Below the pieces are notes generated by a model that was not told the DNA's origin, did no database searches, and saw nothing but the letters and a program-made list of their open reading frames with translations. A program made the position numbers and the translations under genes. From IMG/VR virus record IMGVR_UViG_2731639221_000001, positions 47,137 through 67,136 of that record: a stretch of DNA of 20,000 nt; one strand, written 5' to 3'. This document shows positions 16,697 to 20,000 of the stretch, piece after piece (position 1 is the first letter of the stretch; the number at the start of each line of letters is the position of its first letter). The stretch comes from an uncultured virus (IMG/VR IMGVR_UViG_2731639221_000001). Its lineage: Duplodnaviria > Heunggongvirae > Uroviricota > Caudoviricetes.

Positions 16697-17028
16697 AAGC
16701 AAAGAAACAAACAAACCGAAAAGCAAAACAAACCGCCACATTTCGAGTAACAGATCCTTTCGTAAAAGACGAAGTAACCGGCTCGATAGAGTATACTGAT
16801 TTTCCGGATCTTTCAAAGTGGATCTTTGCTGGAGTGATGTCTAATGAGATTCCCGATAATAGTATTATATATGTCATGTTACCTAATGGTCTTGAATGTA
16901 AATATGATACAACAATTGCAGACAAAGTTTATTATGACGGAACAATGAGCGAAGAAGAATTTATAGGTATTACTTTTTTAGTAAAGGAGGCACAAGCATG
17001 AAAACAAAGAAACAAACAAACCGAAAAG
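16678..17028 (+). repeat. 46-bp direct repeat at gene junctions (16678-16723 and 16983-17028)
   Basis: AAAGGAGGCACAAGCATGAAA(G/A)CAAAGAAACAAACAAACCGAAAAG, 45/46 identical. Confidence 0.9.
16693..17001 (+). CDS. Hypothetical protein (102 aa)
   Basis: AAGGAGG plus ATGA coupling at both ends. Confidence 0.7.
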   Translation: MKAKKQTNRKAKQTATFRVTDPFVKDEVTGSIEYTDFPDLSKWIFAGVMSNEIPDNSIIYVMLPNGLECKYDTTIADKVYYDGTMSEEEFIGITFLVKEAQA

Positions 17029-17261
17029 TAAAATCGCCGCGCATGGTAGCCGGTACACCTGTTTTTGATACCATACGCCCCGAGATAGGTGAAAAGATTA
17101 GTGCAATTAGTGCAGGGCTCGATATAATGAATGATCCGCGATTTAAAGACGAACACTTTGTAATGACCGAAGAAAAAGGAGTCCGCAGCTATACTGTATC
17201 AGCACTGAGCGACGACCTGTTTATATCATTTACAATAAACTGGAAAGGAGCCACATCATGA
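16998..17261 (+). CDS. Hypothetical protein (87 aa)
   Basis: AAGGAG plus ATGA coupling at both ends. Confidence 0.7.
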   Translation: MKTKKQTNRKVKSPRMVAGTPVFDTIRPEIGEKISAISAGLDIMNDPRFKDEHFVMTEEKGVRSYTVSALSDDLFISFTINWKGATS

Positions 17262-17350
17262 AAGTACACAAATACCAACCTGTTTCGCCCATCGAATGGA
17301 TGGTTATCCTCTCCATTATCTTCATTTTAATGAAAGGAGGCATACAATGA
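17258..17350 (+). CDS. 30-aa putative single-TM peptide (not in the ORF track)
   Basis: MKVHKYQPVSPIEWMVILSIIFILMKGGIQ; ATGA overlaps at both ends, each preceded by AAGGAG. Confidence 0.55.
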   Translation: MKVHKYQPVSPIEWMVILSIIFILMKGGIQ

Positions 17351-17520
17351 GCATAGCCGTACACAAGGAATTGATTATCGGGTATAACAAATCTCCCGAA
17401 GTATTATATCATCTTTTCGCCGCGAGTGGTAGCATAAATGACATTACCGAAAAAGAAGCCCGGTTTCTTTATGAATCGCTTGGCAAATTTCTTGAAATAA
17501 AAGATGATGCCGAAAAATAG
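17347..17520 (+). CDS. Hypothetical protein (57 aa)
   Basis: MSIAVHKELIIG...; start at 17347 after AAAGGAGG, coupled to the 30-aa ORF. Confidence 0.6.
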   Translation: MSIAVHKELIIGYNKSPEVLYHLFAASGSINDITEKEARFLYESLGKFLEIKDDAEK

Positions 17521-17531
17521 AATACCACCAT

Positions 17532-17562
17532 AAGCCTGAGTCGAAAGATTCAGGCTTTTTTT
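17532..17562 (+). terminator. Intrinsic terminator closing the small-ORF chain
   Basis: AAGCCTGAGTC-GAAA-GATTCAGGCTT followed by TTTTT. Confidence 0.85.
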
Positions 17563-17614
17563 GTCCTTTCTATCTCCCCTGAAACTGCCGACTTTTGAAA
17601 TAAAAACGAAAGTC

Positions 17615-18091
17615 ATGATAACATCTTTTATCCAATCAATTTTCTTTCATATAGAAAAATTATTCACATCTACCTATGGTTTCCTATTGCTGATACTATG
17701 CTATTTCGGTAATTTTTTATTGCCCGAATGGTACTGCTTTGCTGTTGTTGGCGGCGGTATTGTCGCTGATTTGATTTGCGGAATAATAGCAGCTGTAAAG
17801 TTGAAAAAATTTATACTCTCCAAGGCTATACGTGACACCTGCTTTAAAGTCGGATGCTACTCGTTCATGCTTATAGGTGTATTCGTGATTGAAAAAATTG
17901 CACACGACACAGGTTTTATAGGTATAAAGGTTGCGGCTGCCATCGCCGCCGGCTGTGAGTTGTGGAGTATATCGGCATCGCTACTGATTATTTATCCTGA
18001 TTTCCCATTTCTTAAGATATTCCGTCTTCAGCTAAAAGGAGAGATGGAAAGTAAAACAGGTAAGAATTTAGATAATATTTTAAACGATTAA
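17615..18091 (+). CDS. Phage holin-family protein
   Basis: Multiple TM helices; 'ADLICGI.AA.K...I.SKAIRDT..K...Y' and 'ELWSI'; directly upstream of an amidase; ATG 17615 preferred over TTG 17561. Confidence 0.8.
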   Translation: MITSFIQSIFFHIEKLFTSTYGFLLLILCYFGNFLLPEWYCFAVVGGGIVADLICGIIAAVKLKKFILSKAIRDTCFKVGCYSFMLIGVFVIEKIAHDTGFIGIKVAAAIAAGCELWSISASLLIIYPDFPFLKIFRLQLKGEMESKTGKNLDNILND

Positions 18092-18093
18092 AT

Positions 18094-18714
18094 ATGAAGA
18101 AACTACTGATCATACTTGATCCGGCACACGGAGAAGAAACACCCGGTAAACGATCTCCCGATGGCAGACACAGAGAATACAAATGGAGCCGTGAACGATG
18201 CGAGCAAATAGAGATTTTATTGAAAGCATACGGTTATACCGTAGTCTGGAGTAACACAACTGATAAGGAAATAGGTCTTACTAAGCGTGTACAAGCTGCC
18301 AATGCTTTAGCAAAACAATATCCGGATCTTATCCCTTTAATGGTTTCATTGCATAACAATGCAGCCGGTGACGGTTCTAACTGGATGCAAGCCTCAGGTA
18401 TAGAAGTGTTCACTTCCGTAGGTCGTACCACTTCCGATATTTTTGCAGATTTTGTTTTGAAGCAATTAAAAGAATGGTTCCCGGAAGCTAAACACAGATA
18501 CTCTAAAGATGAGTACCTGGAGCGTGACAAAGAATCAAACTTCACAGTTTTGACGGGTAACTATTCGGCCATGTTGGTTGAGTTCTTATTTCAGGATAAT
18601 AAAGATGATGTGGCCCTACTCGAAGATCAAACCGTAAATAAACGGTTTGAAGATTCGATAGTCTCCGGAATAGAAGAATGTAACAATTATGTTTTAACAA
18701 AACTCACAAAATGA
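18094..18714 (+). CDS. N-acetylmuramoyl-L-alanine amidase (Amidase_3; endolysin)
   Basis: ILDPAHG, GKRSPDG..REY, VSLHNNA, AMLVEFLFQDN. Confidence 0.92.
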   Translation: MKKLLIILDPAHGEETPGKRSPDGRHREYKWSRERCEQIEILLKAYGYTVVWSNTTDKEIGLTKRVQAANALAKQYPDLIPLMVSLHNNAAGDGSNWMQASGIEVFTSVGRTTSDIFADFVLKQLKEWFPEAKHRYSKDEYLERDKESNFTVLTGNYSAMLVEFLFQDNKDDVALLEDQTVNKRFEDSIVSGIEECNNYVLTKLTK

Positions 18715-18881
18715 AAACAGTCGAACAAAAAGCTAGAGAAATCTATCCACGTCCTGTATCTATTGGCCCGGCAAGTAGAGAATGGTGTGCACGCAGAGAT
18801 CTCCAAGAAGCAAAATGTGAAGCCTTTATTAAAGGATATCAGTTAAGAGATAGTGAAATTAGCTCTGGGAGGGCTTTGTAA
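18711..18881 (+). CDS. Small hypothetical phage protein (56 aa; not in the ORF track)
   Basis: MKTVEQKAREIYP...EAFIKGYQ; ATGA overlap with the amidase stop; 'EQKA..Y....AFIKG' resembles small Bacteroidota phage proteins. Confidence 0.55.
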   Translation: MKTVEQKAREIYPRPVSIGPASREWCARRDLQEAKCEAFIKGYQLRDSEISSGRAL

Positions 18882-18895
18882 AACCCAATAATATT

Positions 18896-19087
18896 ATGAA
18901 TACATTTAAAGAAAGGTTAGTGTTAGAACATGATCAACTTGAAGAAAAACTAAACAAATTAGATGATTTTCTTAAAAGTGAAAAAGTTGTTAGTATTGAA
19001 TCTGTCCAAAGAACTCTTTTACATATTCAAGCAACAAGTATGAATACTTATCTTACATGTTTAAAAGAGAGATTATTAAGGCTGTAA
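18896..19087 (+). CDS. crAss001_48-related small helical phage protein
   Basis: FKERL..E..QL.EKL.KL..FL....LL..Q...M..Y...L..RL pattern. Confidence 0.7.
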   Translation: MNTFKERLVLEHDQLEEKLNKLDDFLKSEKVVSIESVQRTLLHIQATSMNTYLTCLKERLLRL

Positions 19088-19198
19088 ATAGGTTAGCTAG
19101 TAGGGTATAAGATAACCTAAGAGTGTTATTTACACCCTACTTTCTTACGTTTGAATAAACAAATCCTTATTCAAGAAAAATAAGTGGAAATTTGAATT

Positions 19199-19273
19199 AT
19201 GAAAATATATGCACTCATTATACTACTATTTATGTGCTTTGGTTGTCGTAGTAGCCTTTCGAGCAAGAGGTAA
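19199..19273 (+). pseudogene. Truncated lipoprotein (signal peptide only; possibly spanin-like gene of the lysis module)
   Basis: MKIYALIILLFMCFG-CRSS then stop after 24 aa. Confidence 0.5.
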
Positions 19274-19316
19274 TAAGCGACATCGCCACAGCGAGAATAA
19301 GGAGTATTTTTTTCAT
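19230..19316 (-). pseudogene. Truncated lipoprotein (signal peptide only)
   Basis: MKKILLILAVAMSLITS-CSK then stop after 28 aa. Confidence 0.5.
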
Positions 19317-19357
19317 TGCGTTTCGGTTCGTTAAGAATAATCGTCCGAAAGATAGTG

Positions 19358-19389
19358 AAAAAAGCCCTATTTAATTAAAAATAGGGCTT
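19358..19389 (-). terminator. Terminator downstream of the chimeric minus-strand ORF
   Basis: AAGCCCTATTT-N6-AAATAGGGCTT with an A-run on the left. Confidence 0.65.
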
Positions 19390-19408
19390 ATTATTCATTC
19401 AGATAATT

Positions 19409-19873
19409 TTAATATTTAATTACCTGTTGTAAGTTATAATCAAAATATGCATAAGGTATCACATCATTATTTTTATACTTGAGAGAAATCAAAAGCTTAT
19501 CTTTCATCCAGTGTTCATTAAAACCCCTATGAAAATCACAATAAGTTTTTAATCTGTTACAAAAATTTCTCATGGCTTCACCTTCGAATTTTCGAATTCC
19601 GTCAGGTTGGTTCTCTACTTCAAGAAAGTGATCATAAAGGTTGTCAAGCATTGCCACACTATATTCATCTGTATCGATTATCATATACTTATTACGAATC
19701 AAAGTATTGACATTATCTACTATTTTAATAAACTGATTGTCTTTATTCTCTTCTGATGACAAAACTTTTTCATCTAAATGAAGGATAATGACTTTTTCTA
19801 ACGTATCAACCTCAACTACTTCAAAGTAATTCAAAAACCCTTCGGGTAACAATAATTCATAACCTGTTTGCAT
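19409..19873 (-). pseudogene. Chimeric ORF: ISAon1-type transposase N-terminal region fused in frame to an unrelated C-terminus
   Basis: First ~49 aa MQTGYELLLPEGFLNYFEVVEV...ILHLDEK match the ISAon1/ISL3 N-terminal region pattern, which breaks off before the usual SKGF motif. Confidence 0.65.
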
Positions 19874-19913
19874 AGAACAAAAATAAATCTTCCACAAATT
19901 TTCAGGTTGATCC
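19727..19913 (-). mobile_element. ISL3-family (ISAon1-like) left-end remnant
   Basis: Minus-strand end GGATCAACCTGAAAATTTGTGG (ISL3-type ends begin with GG), 40 nt upstream of the transposase-like ATG; no matching right end seen. Confidence 0.6.
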
Positions 19914-19961
19914 TGTATCTTTCGTCTCGGCTTTTATTTTATTATATTTTATATCAAACAA

Positions 19962-19996
19962 AAGCAGCCTCAGAGTAAATTACTCTGAGGCTGCTT
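19962..19996. terminator. Perfect inverted repeat, probable terminator
   Basis: AAGCAGCCTCAGAGTAA-A-TTACTCTGAGGCTGCTT (17-bp arms). Confidence 0.7.
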
Positions 19997-20000
19997 AAAA

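Noticed and set aside
16678..17028. 46-bp direct repeat as a CRISPR array
   Set aside because: Only two copies, about 260 nt apart, both protein-coding, non-palindromic, and no cas genes
58..18545. Short opposite-strand or nested ORFs in the track (58-270, 2088-2336, 3940-4131, 5120-5332, 5905-6153, 6086-6271, 6428-6613, 7378-7575, 9077-9310, 9716-9928, 11108-11293, 13695-13877, 15654-15911, 16647-16925, 16932-17156, 17404-17616, 17717-17905, 18234-18545)
   Set aside because: They overlap well-supported genes on the other strand and have no recognisable motifs; treated as shadow ORFs
18896..19087. Calling the 63-aa protein a known anti-defence factor such as Acb2 or Tad2
   Set aside because: It matches the crAss001_48-like helical pattern only; I see no motif of those proteins

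Overview
AT-rich accessory DNA from a Bacteroidota-like genome, judged by TAnnTTTG -7 promoter elements, lipoproteins and an ISAon1-type IS remnant. It reads as a stack of integrated mobile elements with no housekeeping genes. (1) 1-9.4 kb: putative Rep-like gene, WYL regulator, calcineurin-like phosphoesterase, XRE repressor, DUF1643, lipoprotein, hypothetical, DUF4406, HU with an AT-hook, second phosphoesterase, excisionase and tyrosine integrase. (2) 9.46-13.98 kb: a four-gene defence-like run (small wHTH-like protein, PD-(D/E)XK nuclease, KAP NTPase, membrane Abi-like protein). (3) About 14.0-14.4 kb: an att-like junction with a possible degenerate tRNA 3' end and arm-type repeats. (4) 14.5-19.9 kb: a deleted prophage remnant with an XRE switch (several operators), a chain of small coupled ORFs sharing junction repeats, holin, amidase, a crAss001_48-like protein, two fused lipoprotein stubs and an IS/host chimera. 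The best lead is a 17-bp palindromic box, (A/C)CGAC(A/C)-N5-TG(A/T)CGT, found three times exactly 11 nt upstream of a -7 element. It suggests a WYL-controlled regulon of nucleotide/base-processing enzymes. All family calls come from motif recognition, not database searches.
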